64,000 nucleotides of DNA from Tubulanus polymorphus (taxonomy: Eukaryota > Animalia > Nemertea): NCBI RefSeq assembly GCF_964204645.1, contig NW_027437459.1:33690-97689 (forward strand). The letters are read 5' to 3'. The position numbers were made by a program, and so were the translations under genes. Positions 25,801 to 41,700 of this stretch are shown here, one piece after another; positions within the stretch are counted from its first letter, which is position 1; each line of letters begins with the position of its first letter. A model generated the notes under the pieces. That model made no database searches and was not told the origin of the DNA. It saw nothing but the letters and a program-made list of their open reading frames with translations.

Positions 25801-28800
25801 TAAGGCGTATTGAACTGATTTCAAATAGATAGGTGGAAAGATTAAGAATTTTCTGGCTATTTATGCTCCTGAAGATGATGGACTCGATCTGAAATGATAG
25901 GTTAAGGTAGACTGAACTGATTCTGAATAGATGGACTGAAAGATACAGATTTTTCTTGCAAAATAGGGTCCTAAAGATGATGAGTTCTATCTTAATTGAT
26001 TGGTTAGGGTGTACTGAACTGATTTCAAATAGATAGGTGGAAAGATTAAGAATTTTCTGGCTATTTATGCTCCTGAAGATGATGGACTCGTTCTGAAATG
26101 ATAGGTTAAGGTAAACTGAACTGATTTCGAGTAGATGGACTGAAAGATACAGATTTTTCTTGCAAAATAGGGTCCTAAAGATGATGAATTCTATCTTAAT
26201 TGATGGGTTAGGGTGTACTGAACTGATTTCAAATAGATAGGTTGAAAGAATCAGAATTTTCTGGCTGCTTTTGGTTCTGAAGATGATGGATTCAATCTGA
26301 AAAGATGTGTTAAGGCGTATTGAACTGATTTAAAATAGATAGGTGGAAAGATTAAGAATTTTCTGGCTATTTATGCTCCTGAAGATGATGGACTCGATCT
26401 GAAATGATAGGTTAAGGTAAACTGAACTGATTTCGAGTAGATGGACTTAAAGATACAGATTTTTCTTGCAAAATAGGGTCCTAAAGATGATGAGTTCTAT
26501 CTTAATTGATGGGTTAGGGTGTACTGAACTGATTTCAAATAGATAGGTTGAAAGATTAAGAATTTTCTGGCTATTTATGCTCCTGAAGATGATGGACTCG
26601 ATCTGAAATGATAGGTTAAGGTAAACTGAATTGATTTCGAGTAGATGGACTGAAAGATACAGATTTTTCTTGCAAAATAGGGTCCTAAAGATGATGAATT
26701 CTATCTTAATTGATGGGTTAGGGTGTACTGAACTGATTTCAAATAGATAGGTTGAAAGAATCAGAATTTTCTGGCTGCTTTTGGTTCTGAAGATGATGGA
26801 TTCAATCTGAAAAGATGTGTTATGGCGTATTGAACTGATTTCAAATAGATAGGTGGAAAGATTAAGAATTTTCTGGCTATTTATGCTCCTGAAGATGATT
26901 GACTCGATCTGAAATGATAGGTTAGGTAGACTGAACTGATTTCGAGTAGATGGACTGAAAGATACAGATTTTTCTTGCAAAATAGGGTCCTAAAGATGAT
27001 GAGTTCTATCTTAATTGATGGGTTAGGGTGTACTGAACTGATTTCAAATAGATAGGTGGAAAGATTAAGAATTTTCTGGTTATTTATGCTCCTGAAGATG
27101 ATGGACTCGATCTGAAATGATAGGTTAAGGTAAACTGAACTGATTTCGAGTAGATGGACTGAAAGATACAGATTTTTCTTGCAAAACAGGGTCCTAAAGA
27201 TGATGAATTCTATCTTGATTGATGGGTTAAGGCGTATTGAACTGATTTCAAATAGATAGGTGGAAAGAATCAGGATTTTCAGGCTGCCTTTGGTTCTGAA
27301 GATGATGGACTCAATCTGAAAAGATGGGCTAATGCGTATTGAACTGATTTCAAATAGATAGGTGGAAAGATTAAGAATTTTCTGGCTATTTATGCTCCTG
27401 AAGATGATGGACTCGATCTGAAATGATAGGTTAAGGTAAACTGAACTGATTTCGAGTAGATGGACTGAAAGATACAAATTTTTCTTGCAAAATAGGGTCC
27501 AAAAGATGATGAATTCTATCTTAATTGATGGGTTAGGGTGTACTGAACTGATTTCAAATAGATAGGTTGAAAGAATCAGAATTTTCGGGCTGCTTTTGGT
27601 TCTGAAGATGATGGATTCAATCTGAAAAGATGTGTTAAGGCGTATTGAACTGATTTCAAATAGATAGGTGGAAAGATTAAGAATTTTCTGGCTATTTATG
27701 CTCCTGAAGATGATGGACTCGATCTGAAATGATAGGTTAAGGTAGACTGAACTGATTCTGAATAGATGGACTGAAAGATACAGATTTTTCTTGCAAAATA
27801 GGGTCCTAAAGATGATGAGTTCTATCTTAATTGATTGGTTAGGGTGTACTGAACTGATTTCAAATAGATAGGTGGAAAGATTAAGAATTTTCTGGCTATT
27901 TATGCTCCTGAAGATGATGGACTCGTTCTGAAATGATAGGTTAAGGTAAACTGAACTGATTTCGAGTAGATGGACTGAAAGATACAGATTTTTCTTGCAA
28001 AATAGGGTCCTAAAGATGATGAATTCTATCTTAATTGATGGGTTAGGGTGTACTGAACTGATTTCAAATAGATAGGTTGAAAGAATCAGAATTTTCTGGC
28101 TGCTTTTGGTTCTGAAGATGATGGATTCAATCTGAAAAGATGTGTTAAGGCGTATTGAACTGATTTAAAATAGATAGGTGGAAAGATTAAGAATTTTCTG
28201 GCTATTTATGCTCCTGAAGATGATGGACTCGATCTGAAATGATAGGTTAAGGTAAACTGAACTGATTTCGAGTAGATGGACTTAAAGATACAGATTTTTC
28301 TTGCAAAATAGGGTCCTAAAGATGATGAGTTCTATCTTAATTGATGGGTTAGGGTGTACTGAACTGATTTCAAATAGATAGGTTGAAAGATTAAGAATTT
28401 TCTGGCTATTTATGCTCCTGAAGATGATGGACTCGATCTGAAATGATAGGTTAAGGTAAACTGAATTGATTTCGAGTAGATGGACTGAAAGATACAGATT
28501 TTTCTTGCAAAATAGGGTCCTAAAGATGATGAATTCTATCTTAATTGATGGGTTAGGGTGTACTGAACTGATTTCAAATAGATAGGTTGAAAGAATCAGA
28601 ATTTTCTGGCTGCTTTTGGTTCTGAAGATGATGGATTCAATCTGAAAAGATGTGTTAAGGCGTATTGAACTGATTTAAAATAGATAGGTGGAAAGATTAA
28701 GAATTTTCTGGCTATTTATGCTCCTGAAGATGATGGACTCGATCTGAAATGATAGGTTAAGGTAAACTGAACGGATTTCGAGTAGATGGACTTAAAGATA

Positions 28801-30830
28801 CAGATTTTTCTTGCAAAATAGGGTCCTAAAGATGATGAGTTCTATCTTAATTGATGGGTTAGGGTGTACTGAACTGATTTCAAATAGATAGGTTGAAAGA
28901 TTAAGAATTTTCTGGCTATTTATGCTCCTGAAGATGATGGACTCGATCTGAAATGATAGGTTAAGGTAAACTGAACTGATTTCGAGCAGATGGACTGAAA
29001 GATACAGATTTTTCTTGCAAAATAGGGTCCTAAAGATGATGAATTCTATCTTAATTTATGGGTTAGGGTGAACTGAACTGATTTCAAATAGATAGGTGGA
29101 AAGAATCAGAATTTTCTGGCTGCCTTTGGTTCTGAAGATGATGGACTCAATCTGAAAAGATGGGCTAAGGCGTATTGAACTGATTTCAAATAGATAGGTG
29201 GAAAGATTAAGAATTGTCTGGCTATTTATGCTCCTGAAGATGATGGACTCGATCTGAAATGATAGGTTAAGGTAAACTGAACTGATTTCGAGTAGATGGA
29301 CTGAAAGATACAAATTTTTCTTGCAAAATAGGGTCCTAAAGATGATGAATTCTATCTTAATTGATGGGTTAGGGTGTACTGAACTGATTTCAAATAGATA
29401 GGTTGAAAGAATCAGAATTTTCTGGCTGCTTTTGGTTCTGAAGATGATGGATTCAATCTGAAAAGATGTGTTAAGGCGTATTGAACTGATTTAAAATAGA
29501 TAGGTGGAAAGATTAAGAATTTTCTGGCTATTTATGCTCCTGAAGATGATGGACTCGATCTGAAATGATAGGTTAAGGTAAACTGAACTGATTTCGAGTA
29601 GATGGACTGAAAGATACAGATTTTTTCTTGCAAAATAGGGTCCTAAAGATGATGAGTTCTATCTTAATTGATGGGTTAGGGTGTACTGAACTGATTTCAA
29701 ATAGATAGGTTGAAAGATTAAGAATTTTCTGGCTATTTATGCTCCTGAAGATGATGGACTCGATCTGAAATGATAGGTTAAGGTAAACTGAACTGATTTC
29801 GAGCAGATGGACTGAAAGATACAGATCTTTCTTGCAAAATAGGGTCCTAAAGATGATGAATTCTATCTTAATTGATGGGTTAGGGTGAACTGAACTGATT
29901 TCAAATAGATAGGTGGAAAGAATCAGAATTTTCTGGCTGCCTTTGGTTCTGAAGATGATGGACTCAATCTGAAAAGATGGGCTAAGGCGTATTGAACTGA
30001 TTTCAAATAGATAGGTGGAAAGATTAAGAATTTTCTGGCTATTTATGCTCCTGAGGATGATGCACTCGATCTGAAAGGATAGGTTAAGGTAGACTGAACT
30101 GATTTCGAGTAGATGGACTGAAAGATACAGATTTTTCTTGCAAAATAGGGTCCTAAAGATGATGAATTCTATCTTAATTGATGGGTAAGGGTGTACTGAA
30201 CTGATTTCAAATAGATAGGTTGAAAGAATCAGAATTTTCTGGCTGCTTTTGGTTCTGAAGATGATGGATTCAATCTGAAAAGATGTGTTAAGGCGCATTG
30301 AACTGATTTCAAATAGATAGGTGGAAAGATTAAGAATTTTCTGGCTATTTATGCTCCTGAAGATGATGGACTCGATCTGAAATGATAGGTTAAGGTAAAC
30401 TGAACTGATTTCGAGTAGATGGACTGAAAGATACAGATTTTTCTTGCAAAATAGGGTCCTAAAGATGATGAATTCTATCTTAATTGATGGGTTAGGGTGT
30501 ACTGAACTGATTTCAAATAGATAGGTGGAAAGATTAAGAATTTTCTGGCTATTTATGCTCCTGAAGATGATGGACTCGATCTGAAATGATAGGTTAAGGT
30601 AAACTGAACTGATTTCGAGCAGATGGACTGAAAGATACAGATTTTTCTTGCAAAATAGGGTCCTAAGGATGATGAATTCTATCTTAATTGATGGGTTAGG
30701 GTGAACTGAACTGATTTCAAATAGATAGGTGGAAAGAATCAGAATTTTCTGGCTGCCTTTGGTTCTGAAGATGATGGACTCAATCTGAAAAGATGGGCTA
30801 AGGCGTATTGAACTGATTTCAAATAGATAG
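16860..30830 (+). repeat. Large duplication with 7950-bp offset (78 monomers), each copy containing an 1835-bp (18-monomer) internal duplication
   Basis: ORF pairs 17096/25046, 18497/26447, 18931/26881 and 21106/29056 are all offset 7950. Pairs 17096/18931 and 25046/26881 are offset 1835. Confidence 0.85.
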
Positions 30831-33800
30831 GTGTAAAGATTAAGAATTTTCTGGCTATTTATGCTCCTGAAGATGATGGACTCGATCTGAAATGATAGGT
30901 TAAGGTAAACTGAACTGATTTCGAGTAGATGGACTGAAAGATACAGATTTTTCTTGCAAAATAGGGTCCTAAAGATGATGAATTCTATCTTAATTGATGG
31001 GTAAGGGTGTACTGAACTGATTTCAAATAGATAGGTTGAAAGAATCAGAATTTTCTGGCTGCTTTTGGTTCTGAAGATGATGGATTCAATCTGAAAAGAT
31101 GTGTTAAGGCGCATTGAACTGATTTCAAATAGATAGGTGGAAAGATTAAGAATTTTCTGGCTATTTATGCTCCTGAAGATGATGGACTCGATCTGAAATG
31201 ATAGGTTAAGGTAAACTGAACTGATTTCGAGTAGATGGACTGAAAGATACAGATTTTTCTTGCAAAATAGGGTCCTAAAGATGATGAATTCTATCTTAAT
31301 TGATGGGTTAGGGTGAACTGAACTGATTTCAAATAGATAGGTGGAAAGAATCAGAATTTTCTGGCTGCCTTTGGTTCTGAAGATGATGGACTCAATCTGA
31401 AAAGATGGGCTAAGGCGTATTGAACTGATTTCAAATAGATAGGTGTAAAGATTAAGAATTTTCTGGCTATTTATGCTCCTGAAGATGATGGACTCGATCT
31501 GAAATGATAGGTTAAGGTAAACTGAACTGATTTCGAGTAGATGGACTGAAAGATACAGATTTTTCTTGCAAAATAGGGTCCTAAAGATGATGAATTCTAT
31601 CTTAATTGATGGGTTAGGGTGTACTGAACTGATTTCAAATAGATAGGTTGAAAGAATCAGAATTTTCTGGCTGCTTTTGGTTCTGAAGATGATGGATTCA
31701 ATCTGAAAAGATGTGTTAAGGCGTATTGAACTGATTTAAAATAGATAGGTGGAAAGATTAAGAATTTTCTGGCTATTTATGCTCCTGAAGATGATGGACT
31801 CGATCTGAAATGATAGGTTAAGGTTGACTGAACTGATTCTGAATAGATGGACTGAAAGATACAGATTTTTCTTGCAAAATAGGGTCCTAAAGATGATGAG
31901 TTCTATCTTAATTGATTGGTTAGGGTGTACTGAACTGATTTCAAATAGATAGGTGGAAAGATTAAGAATTTTCTGTCTATTTATGCTCCTGAAGATGATG
32001 GACTCGATCTGAAATGATAGGTTAAGGTAAACTGAACTGATTTCGAGTAGATGGACTGAAAGATACAGATTTTTCTTGCAAAATAGGGTCCTAAAGATGA
32101 TGAATTCTATCTTAATTGATGGGTTAGGGTGTACTGAACTGATTTCAAATAGATAGGTTGAAAGAATCAGAATTTTCTGGCTGCTTTTGGTTCTGAAGAT
32201 GATGGATTCAATCTGAAAAGATGTGTTAAGGCGTATTGAACTGATTTAAAATAGATAGGTGGAAAGATTAAGAATTTTCTGGCTATTTATGCTCCTGAAG
32301 ATGATGGACTCGATCTGAAATGATAGGTTAAGGTAAACTGAACGGATTTCGAGTAGATGGACTTAAAGATACAGATTTTTCTTGCAAAATAGGGTCCTAA
32401 AGATGATGAGTTCTATCTTAATTGATGGGTTAGGGTGTACTGAACTGATTTCAAATAGATAGGTTGAAAGATTAAGAATTTTCTGGCTATTTATGCTCCT
32501 GAAGATGATGGACTCGATCTGAAATGATAGGTTAAGGTAAACTGAACTGATTTCGAGCAGATGGACTGAAAGATACAGATTTTTCTTGCAAAATAGGGTC
32601 CTAAAGATGATGAATTCTATCTTAATTTATGGGTTAGGGTGAACTGAACTGATTTCAAATAGATAGGTGGAAAGAATCAGAATTTTCTGGCTGCCTTTGG
32701 TTCTGAAGATGATGGACTCAATCTGAAAAGATGGGCTAAGGCGTATTGAACTGATTTCAAATAGATAGGTGGAAAGATTAAGAATTGTCTGGCTATTTAT
32801 GCTCCTGAAGATGATGGACTCGATCTGAAATGATAGGTTAAGGTAAACTGAACTGATTTCGAGTAGATGGACTGAAAGATACAAATTTTTCTTGCAAAAT
32901 AGGGTCCTAAAGATGATGAATTCTATCTTAATTGATGGGTTAGGGTGTACTGAACTGATTTCAAATAGATAGGTTGAAAGAATCAGAATTTTCTGGCTGC
33001 TTTTGGTTCTGAAGATGATGGATTCAATCTGAAAAGATGTGTTAAGGCGTATTGAACTGATTTAAAATAGATAGGTGGAAAGATTAAGAATTTTCTGGCT
33101 ATTTATGCTCCTGAAGATGATGGACTCGATCTGAAATGATAGGTTAAGGTAAACTGAACTGATTTCGAGTAGATGGACTGAAAGATACAGATTTTTTCTT
33201 GCAAAAAAGGGTCCTAAAGACGATGAGTTCTATCTTAATTGATGGGTTAGGGTGTACTGAACTGATTTCAAATAGATAGGTTGAAAGATTAAGAATTTTC
33301 TGGCTATTTATGCTCCTGAAGATGATGGACTCGATCTGAAATGATAGGTTAAGGTAAACTGAACTGATTTCGAGCAGATGGACTGAAAGATACAGATCTT
33401 TCTTGCAAAATAGGGTCCTAAAGATGATGAATTCTATCTTAATTGATGGGTTAGGGTGAACTGAACTGATTTCAAATAGATAGGTGGAAAGAATCAGAAT
33501 TTTCTGGCTGCCTTTGGTTCTGAAGATGATGGACTCAATCTGAAAAGATGGGCTAAGGCGTATTGAACTGATTTCAAATAGATAGGTGGAAAGATTAAGA
33601 ATTTTCTGGCTATTTATGCTCCTGAGGATGATGCACTCGATCTGAAAGGATAGGTTAAGGTAGACTGAACTGATTTCGAGTAGATGGACTGAAAGATACA
33701 GATTTTTCTTGCAAAATAGGGTCCTAAAGATGATGAATTCTATCTTAATTGATGGGTAAGGGTGTACTGAACTGATTTCAAATAGATAGGTTGAAAGAAT

Positions 33801-35700
33801 CAGAATTTTCTGGCTGCTTTTGGTTCTGAAGATGATGGATTCAATCTGAAAAGATGTGTTAAGGCGCATTGAACTGATTTCAAATAGATAGGTGGAAAGA
33901 TTAAGAATTTTCTGGCTATTTATGCTCCTGAAGATGATGGACTCGATCTGAAATGATAGGTTAAGGTAAACTGAACTGATTTCGAGTAGATGGACTGAAA
34001 GATACAGATTTTTCTTGCAAAATAGGGTCCTAAAGATGATGAATTCTATCTTAATTGATGGGTTAGGGTGTACTGAACTGATTTCAAATAGATAGGTGGA
34101 AAGATTAAGAATTTTCTGGCTATTTATGCTCCTGAAGATGATGGACTCGATCTGAAATGATAGGTTAAGGTAAACTGAACTGATTTCGAGCAGATGGACT
34201 GAAAGATACAGATTTTTCTTGCAAAATAGGGTCCTAAGGATGATGAATTCTATCTTAATTGATGGGTTAGGGTGAACTGAACTGATTTCAAATAGATAGG
34301 TGGAAAGAATCAGAATTTTCTGGCTGCCTTTGGTTCTGAAGATGATGGACTCAATCTGAAAAGATGGGCTAAGGCGTATTGAACTGATTTCAAATAGATA
34401 GGTGTAAAGATTAAGAATTTTCTGGCTATTTATGCTCCTGAAGATGATGGACTCGATCTGAAATGATAGGTTAAGGTAAACTGAACTGATTTCGAGTAGA
34501 TGGACTGAAAGATACAGATTTTTCTTGCAAAATAGGGTCCTAAAGATGATGAATTCTATCTTAATTGATGGGTAAGGGTGTACTGAACTGATTTCAAATA
34601 GATAGGTTGAAAGAATCAGAATTTTCTGGCTGCTTTTGGTTCTGAAGATGATGGATTCAATCTGAAAAGATGTGTTAAGGCGCATTGAACTGATTTCAAA
34701 TAGATAGGTGGAAAGATTAAGAATTTTCTGGCTATTTATGCTCCTGAAGATGATGGACTCGATCTGAAATGATAGGTTAAGGTAAACTGAACTGATTTCG
34801 AGTAGATGGACTGAAAGATACAGATTTTTCTTGCAAAATAGGGTCCTAAAGATGATGAATTCTATCTTAATTGATGGGTTAGGGTGAACTGAACTGATTT
34901 CAAATAGATAGGTGGAAAGAATCAGAATTTTCTGGCTGCCTTTGGTTCTGAAGATGATGGACTCAATCTGAAAAGATGGGCTAAGGCGTATTGAACTGAT
35001 TTCAAATAGATAGGTGTAAAGATTAAGAATTTTCTGGCTATTTATGCTCCTGAAGATGATGGACTCGATCTGAAATGATAGGTTAAGGTAAACTGAACTG
35101 ATTTCGAGTAGATGGACTGAAAGATACAGATTTTTCTTGCAAAATAGGGTCCTAAAGATGATGAATTCTATCTTAATTGATGGGTTAGGGTGTACTGAAC
35201 TGATTTCAAATAGATAGGTTGAAAGAATCAGAATTTTCTGGCTGCTTTTGGTTCTGAAGATGATGGATTCAATCTGAAAAGATGTGTTAAGGCGTATTGA
35301 ACTGATTTAAAATAGATAGGTGGAAAGATTAAGAATTTTCTGGCTATTTATGCTCCTGAAGATGATGGACTCGATCTGAAATGATAGGTTAAGGTTGACT
35401 GAACTGATTCTGAATAGATGGACTGAAAGATACAGATTTTTCTTGCAAAATAGGGTCCTAAAGATGATGAGTTCTATCTTAATTGATTGGTTAGGGTGTA
35501 CTGAACTGATTTCAAATAGATAGGTGGAAAGATTAAGAATTTTCTGTCTATTTATGCTCCTGAAGATGATGGACTCGATCTGAAATGATAGGTTAAGGTA
35601 AACTGAACTGATTTCGAGTAGATGGACTGAAAGATACAGATTTTTCTTGCAAAATAGGGTCCTAAAGATGATGAATTCTATCTTAATTGATGGGTTAGGG
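28480..35700 (+). repeat. Tandem duplication with 3571-bp offset (35 monomers)
   Basis: ORF pairs 29056/32627 and 29573/33144 are both offset 3571. Confidence 0.85.
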
Positions 35701-38700
35701 TGTACTGAACTGATTTCAAATAGATAGGTGGAAAGATTAAGAATTTTCTGGCTATTTATGCTCCTGAAGATGATGGACTCGATCTGAAATGATAGGTTAA
35801 GGTAAACTGAACTTATTTCGAGTAGATGGACTGAAAGATACAGATTTTTCTTGCAAAATAGGGTCCTAAAGATGATGAATTCTATCTTAATTGATGGGTT
35901 AGGGTGTACTGAACTGATTTCAAATAGATAGGTTGAAAGAATCAGAATTTTCTGGCTGCTTTTGGTTCTGAAGATGATGGATTCAATCTGAAAAGATGTG
36001 TTATGGCGTATTGAACTGATTTCAAATAGATAGGTGGAAAGATTAAGAATTTTCTGGCTATTTATGCTCCTGAAGATGATTGACTCGATCTGAAATGATA
36101 GGTTAGGTAGACTGAACTGATTTCGAGTAGATGGACTGAAAGATACAGATTTTTCTTGCAAAATAGGGTCCTAAAGATGATGAGTTCTATCTTAATTGAT
36201 GGGTTAGGGTGTACTGAACTGATTTCAAATAGATAGGTGGAAAGATTAAGAATTTTCTGGTTATTTATGCTCCTGAAGATGATGGACTCGATCTGAAATG
36301 ATAGGTTAAGGTAAACTGAACTGATTTCGAGTAGATGGACTGAAAGATACAGATTTTTCTTGCAAAACAGGGTCCTAAAGATGATGAATTCTATCTTGAT
36401 TGATGGGTTAAGGCGTATTGAACTGATTTCAAATAGATAGGTGGAAAGAATCAGGATTTTCAGGCTGCCTTTGGTTCTGAAGATGATGGACTCAATCTGA
36501 AAAGATGGGCTAATGCGTATTGAACTGATTTCAAATAGATAGGTGGAAAGATTAAGAATTTTCTGGCTATTTATGCTCCTGAAGATGATGGACTCGATCT
36601 GAAATGATAGGTTAAGGTAAACTGAACTGATTTCGAGCAGATGGACTGAAAGATACAGATTTTTCTTGCAAAATAGGGTCCTAAGGATGATGAATTCTAT
36701 CTTAATTGATGGGTTAGGGTGAACTGAACTGATTTCAAATAGATAGGTGGAAAGAATCAGAATTTTCTGGCTGCCTTTGGTTCTGAAGATGATGGACTCA
36801 ATCTGAAAAGATGGGCTAAGGCGTATTGAACTGATTTCAAATAGATAGGTGGAAAGATTAAGAATTTTCTGGCTATTTATGCTCCTGAAGATGATGGACT
36901 CGATCTGAAATGATAGGTTAAGGTAAACTGAACTGATTTCGAGCAGATGGACTGAAAGATACAGATTTTTGTTGCAAAATAGGGTCCTAAAGATGATGAA
37001 TTCTATCTTAATTGATGGGTTAGGGTGAACTGAACTGATTTCAAATAGATAGGTGGAAAGAATCAGAATTTTCTGGCTGCCTTTGGTTCTGAAGATGATG
37101 GACTCAATCTGAAAAGATGGGCTAAGGCGTATTGAACTGATTTCAAATAGATAGGTGTAAAGATTAAGAATTTTCTGGCTATTTATGCTCCTGAAGATGA
37201 TGGACTCGATCTGAAATGATAGGTTAAGGTAAACTGAACTGATTTCGAGTAGATGGACTGAAAGATACAGATTTTTCTTGCAAAATAGGGTCCTAAAGAT
37301 GATGAATTCTATCTTAATTGATGGGTTAGGGTGTACTGAACTGATTTCAAATAGATAGGTGGAAAGATTAAGAATTTTCTGGCTATTTATGCTCCTGAAG
37401 ATGATGGACTCGATCTGAAATGATAGGTTAAGGTTGACTGAACTGATTCTGAATAGATGGACTGAAAGATACAGATTTTTCTTGCAAAATAGGGTCCTAA
37501 AGATGATGAGTTCTATCTTAATTGATTGGTTAGGGTGTACTGAACTGATTTCAAATAGATAGGTGGAAAGATTAAGAATTTTCTGTCTATTTATGCTCCT
37601 GAAGATGATGGACTCGATCTGAAATGATAGGTTAAGGTAAACTGAACTGATTTCGAGTAGATGGACTGAAAGATACAGATTTTTCTTGCAAAATAGGGTC
37701 CTAAAGATGATGAATTCTATCTTAATTGATGGGTTAGGGTGTACTGAACTGATTTCAAATAGATAGGTTGAAAGAATCAGAATTTTCTGGCTGCTTTTGG
37801 TTCTGAAGATGATGGATTCAATCTGAAAAGATGTGTTATGGCGTATTGAACTGATTTCAAATAGATAGGTGGAAAGATTAAGAATTTTCTGGCTATTTAT
37901 GCTCCTGAAGATGATTGACTCGATCTGAAATGATAGGTTAGGTAGACTGAACTGATTTCGAGTAGATGGACTGAAAGATACAGATTTTTCTTGCAAAATA
38001 GGGTCCTAAAGATGATGAGTTCTATCTTAATTGATGGGTTAGGGTGTACTGAACTGATTTCAAATAGATAGGTGGAAAGATTAAGAATTTTCTGGTTATT
38101 TATGCTCCTGAAGATGATGGACTCGATCTGAAATGATAGGTTAAGGTAAACTGAACTGATTTCGAGTAGATGGACTGAAAGATACAGATTTTTCTTGCAA
38201 AACAGGGTCCTAAAGATGATGAATTCTATCTTGATTGATGGGTTAAGGCGTATTGAACTGATTTCAAATAGATAGGTGGAAAGAATCAGGATTTTCAGGC
38301 TGCCTTTGGTTCTGAAGATGATGGACTCAATCTGAAAAGATGGGCTAATGCGTATTGAACTGATTTCAAATAGATAGGTGGAAAGATTAAGAATTTTCTG
38401 GCTATTTATGCTCCTGAAGATGATGGACTCGATCTGAAATGATAGGTTAAGGTAAACTGAACTGATTTCGAGTAGATGGACTGAAAGATACAAATTTTTC
38501 TTGCAAAATAGGGTCCAAAAGATGATGAATTCTATCTTAATTGATGGGTTAGGGTGTACTGAACTGATTTCAAATAGATAGGTTGAAAGAATCAGAATTT
38601 TCGGGCTGCTTTTGGTTCTGAAGATGATGGATTCAATCTGAAAAGATGTGTTAAGGCGTATTGAACTGATTTCAAATAGATAGGTGGAAAGATTAAGAAT

Positions 38701-41700
38701 TTTCTGGCTATTTATGCTCCTGAAGATGATGGACTCGATCTGAAATGATAGGTTAAGGTAGACTGAACTGATTCTGAATAGATGGACTGAAAGATACAGA
38801 TTTTTCTTGCAAAATAGGGTCCTAAAGATGATGAGTTCTATCTTAATTGATTGGTTAGGGTGTACTGAACTGATTTCAAATAGATAGGTGGAAAGATTAA
38901 GAATTTTCTGGCTATTTATGCTCCTGAAGATGATGGACTCGTTCTGAAATGATAGGTTAAGGTAAACTGAACTGATTTCGAGTAGATGGACTGAAAGATA
39001 CAGATTTTTCTTGCAAAATAGGGTCCTAAAGATGATGAATTCTATCTTAATTGATGGGTTAGGGTGTACTGAACTGATTTCAAATAGATAGGTTGAAAGA
39101 ATCAGAATTTTCTGGCTGCTTTTGGTTCTGAAGATGATGGATTCAATCTGAAAAGATGTGTTAAGGCGTATTGAACTGATTTAAAATAGATAGGTGGAAA
39201 GATTAAGAATTTTCTGGCTATTTATGCTCCTGAAGATGATGGACTCGATCTGAAATGATAGGTTAAGGTAAACTGAACTGATTTCGAGTAGATGGACTTA
39301 AAGATACAGATTTTTCTTGCAAAATAGGGTCCTAAAGATGATGAGTTCTATCTTAATTGATGGGTTAGGGTGTACTGAACTGATTTCAAATAGATAGGTT
39401 GAAAGATTAAGAATTTTCTGGCTATTTATGCTCCTGAAGATGATGGACTCGATCTGAAATGATAGGTTAAGGTAAACTGAATTGATTTCGAGTAGATGGA
39501 CTGAAAGATACAGATTTTTCTTGCAAAATAGGGTCCTAAAGATGATGAATTCTATCTTAATTGATGGGTTAGGGTGTACTGAACTGATTTCAAATAGATA
39601 GGTTGAAAGAATCAGAATTTTCTGGCTGCTTTTGGTTCTGAAGATGATGGATTCAATCTGAAAAGATGTGTTATGGCGTATTGAACTGATTTCAAATAGA
39701 TAGGTGGAAAGATTAAGAATTTTCTGGCTATTTATGCTCCTGAAGATGATTGACTCGATCTGAAATGATAGGTTAGGTAGACTGAACTGATTTCGAGTAG
39801 ATGGACTGAAAGATACAGATTTTTCTTGCAAAATAGGGTCCTAAAGATGATGAGTTCTATCTTAATTGATGGGTTAGGGTGTACTGAACTGATTTCAAAT
39901 AGATAGGTGGAAAGATTAAGAATTTTCTGGTTATTTATGCTCCTGAAGATGATGGACTCGATCTGAAATGATAGGTTAAGGTAAACTGAACTGATTTCGA
40001 GTAGATGGACTGAAAGATACAGATTTTTCTTGCAAAACAGGGTCCTAAAGATGATGAATTCTATCTTGATTGATGGGTTAAGGCGTATTGAACTGATTTC
40101 AAATAGATAGGTGGAAAGAATCAGGATTTTCAGGCTGCCTTTGGTTCTGAAGATGATGGACTCAATCTGAAAAGATGGGCTAATGCGTATTGAACTGATT
40201 TCAAATAGATAGGTGGAAAGATTAAGAATTTTCTGGCTATTTATGCTCCTGAAGATGATGGACTCGATCTGAAATGATAGGTTAAGGTAAACTGAACTGA
40301 TTTCGAGTAGATGGACTGAAAGATACAAATTTTTCTTGCAAAATAGGGTCCAAAAGATGATGAATTCTATCTTAATTGATGGGTTAGGGTGTACTGAACT
40401 GATTTCAAATAGATAGGTTGAAAGAATCAGAATTTTCGGGCTGCTTTTGGTTCTGAAGATGATGGATTCAATCTGAAAAGATGTGTTAAGGCGTATTGAA
40501 CTGATTTCAAATAGATAGGTGGAAAGATTAAGAATTTTCTGGCTATTTATGCTCCTGAAGATGATGGACTCGATCTGAAATGATAGGTTAAGGTAGACTG
40601 AACTGATTCTGAATAGATGGACTGAAAGATACAGATTTTTCTTGCAAAATAGGGTCCTAAAGATGATGAGTTCTATCTTAATTGATTGGTTAGGGTGTAC
40701 TGAACTGATTTCAAATAGATAGGTGGAAAGATTAAGAATTTTCTGGCTATTTATGCTCCTGAAGATGATGGACTCGTTCTGAAATGATAGGTTAAGGTAA
40801 ACTGAACTGATTTCGAGTAGATGGACTGAAAGATACAGATTTTTCTTGCAAAATAGGGTCCTAAAGATGATGAATTCTATCTTAATTGATGGGTTAGGGT
40901 GTACTGAACTGATTTCAAATAGATAGGTTGAAAGAATCAGAATTTTCTGGCTGCTTTTGGTTCTGAAGATGATGGATTCAATCTGAAAAGATGTGTTAAG
41001 GCGTATTGAACTGATTTAAAATAGATAGGTGGAAAGATTAAGAATTTTCTGGCTATTTATGCTCCTGAAGATGATGGACTCGATCTGAAATGATAGGTTA
41101 AGGTAAACTGAACTGATTTCGAGTAGATGGACTTAAAGATACAGATTTTTCTTGCAAAATAGGGTCCTAAAGATGATGAGTTCTATCTTAATTGATGGGT
41201 TAGGGTGTACTGAACTGATTTCAAATAGATAGGTTGAAAGATTAAGAATTTTCTGGCTATTTATGCTCCTGAAGATGATGGACTCGATCTGAAATGATAG
41301 GTTAAGGTAAACTGAATTGATTTCGAGTAGATGGACTGAAAGATACAGATTTTTCTTGCAAAATAGGGTCCTAAAGATGATGAATTCTATCTTAATTGAT
41401 GGGTTAGGGTGTACTGAACTGATTTCAAATAGATAGGTTGAAAGAATCAGAATTTTCTGGCTGCTTTTGGTTCTGAAGATGATGGATTCAATCTGAAAAG
41501 ATGTGTTAAGGCGTATTGAACTGATTTAAAATAGATAGGTGGAAAGATTAAGAATTTTCTGGCTATTTATGCTCCTGAAGATGATGGACTCGATCTGAAA
41601 TGATAGGTTAAGGTAAACTGAACGGATTTCGAGTAGATGGACTTAAAGATACAGATTTTTCTTGCAAAATAGGGTCCTAAAGATGATGAGTTCTATCTTA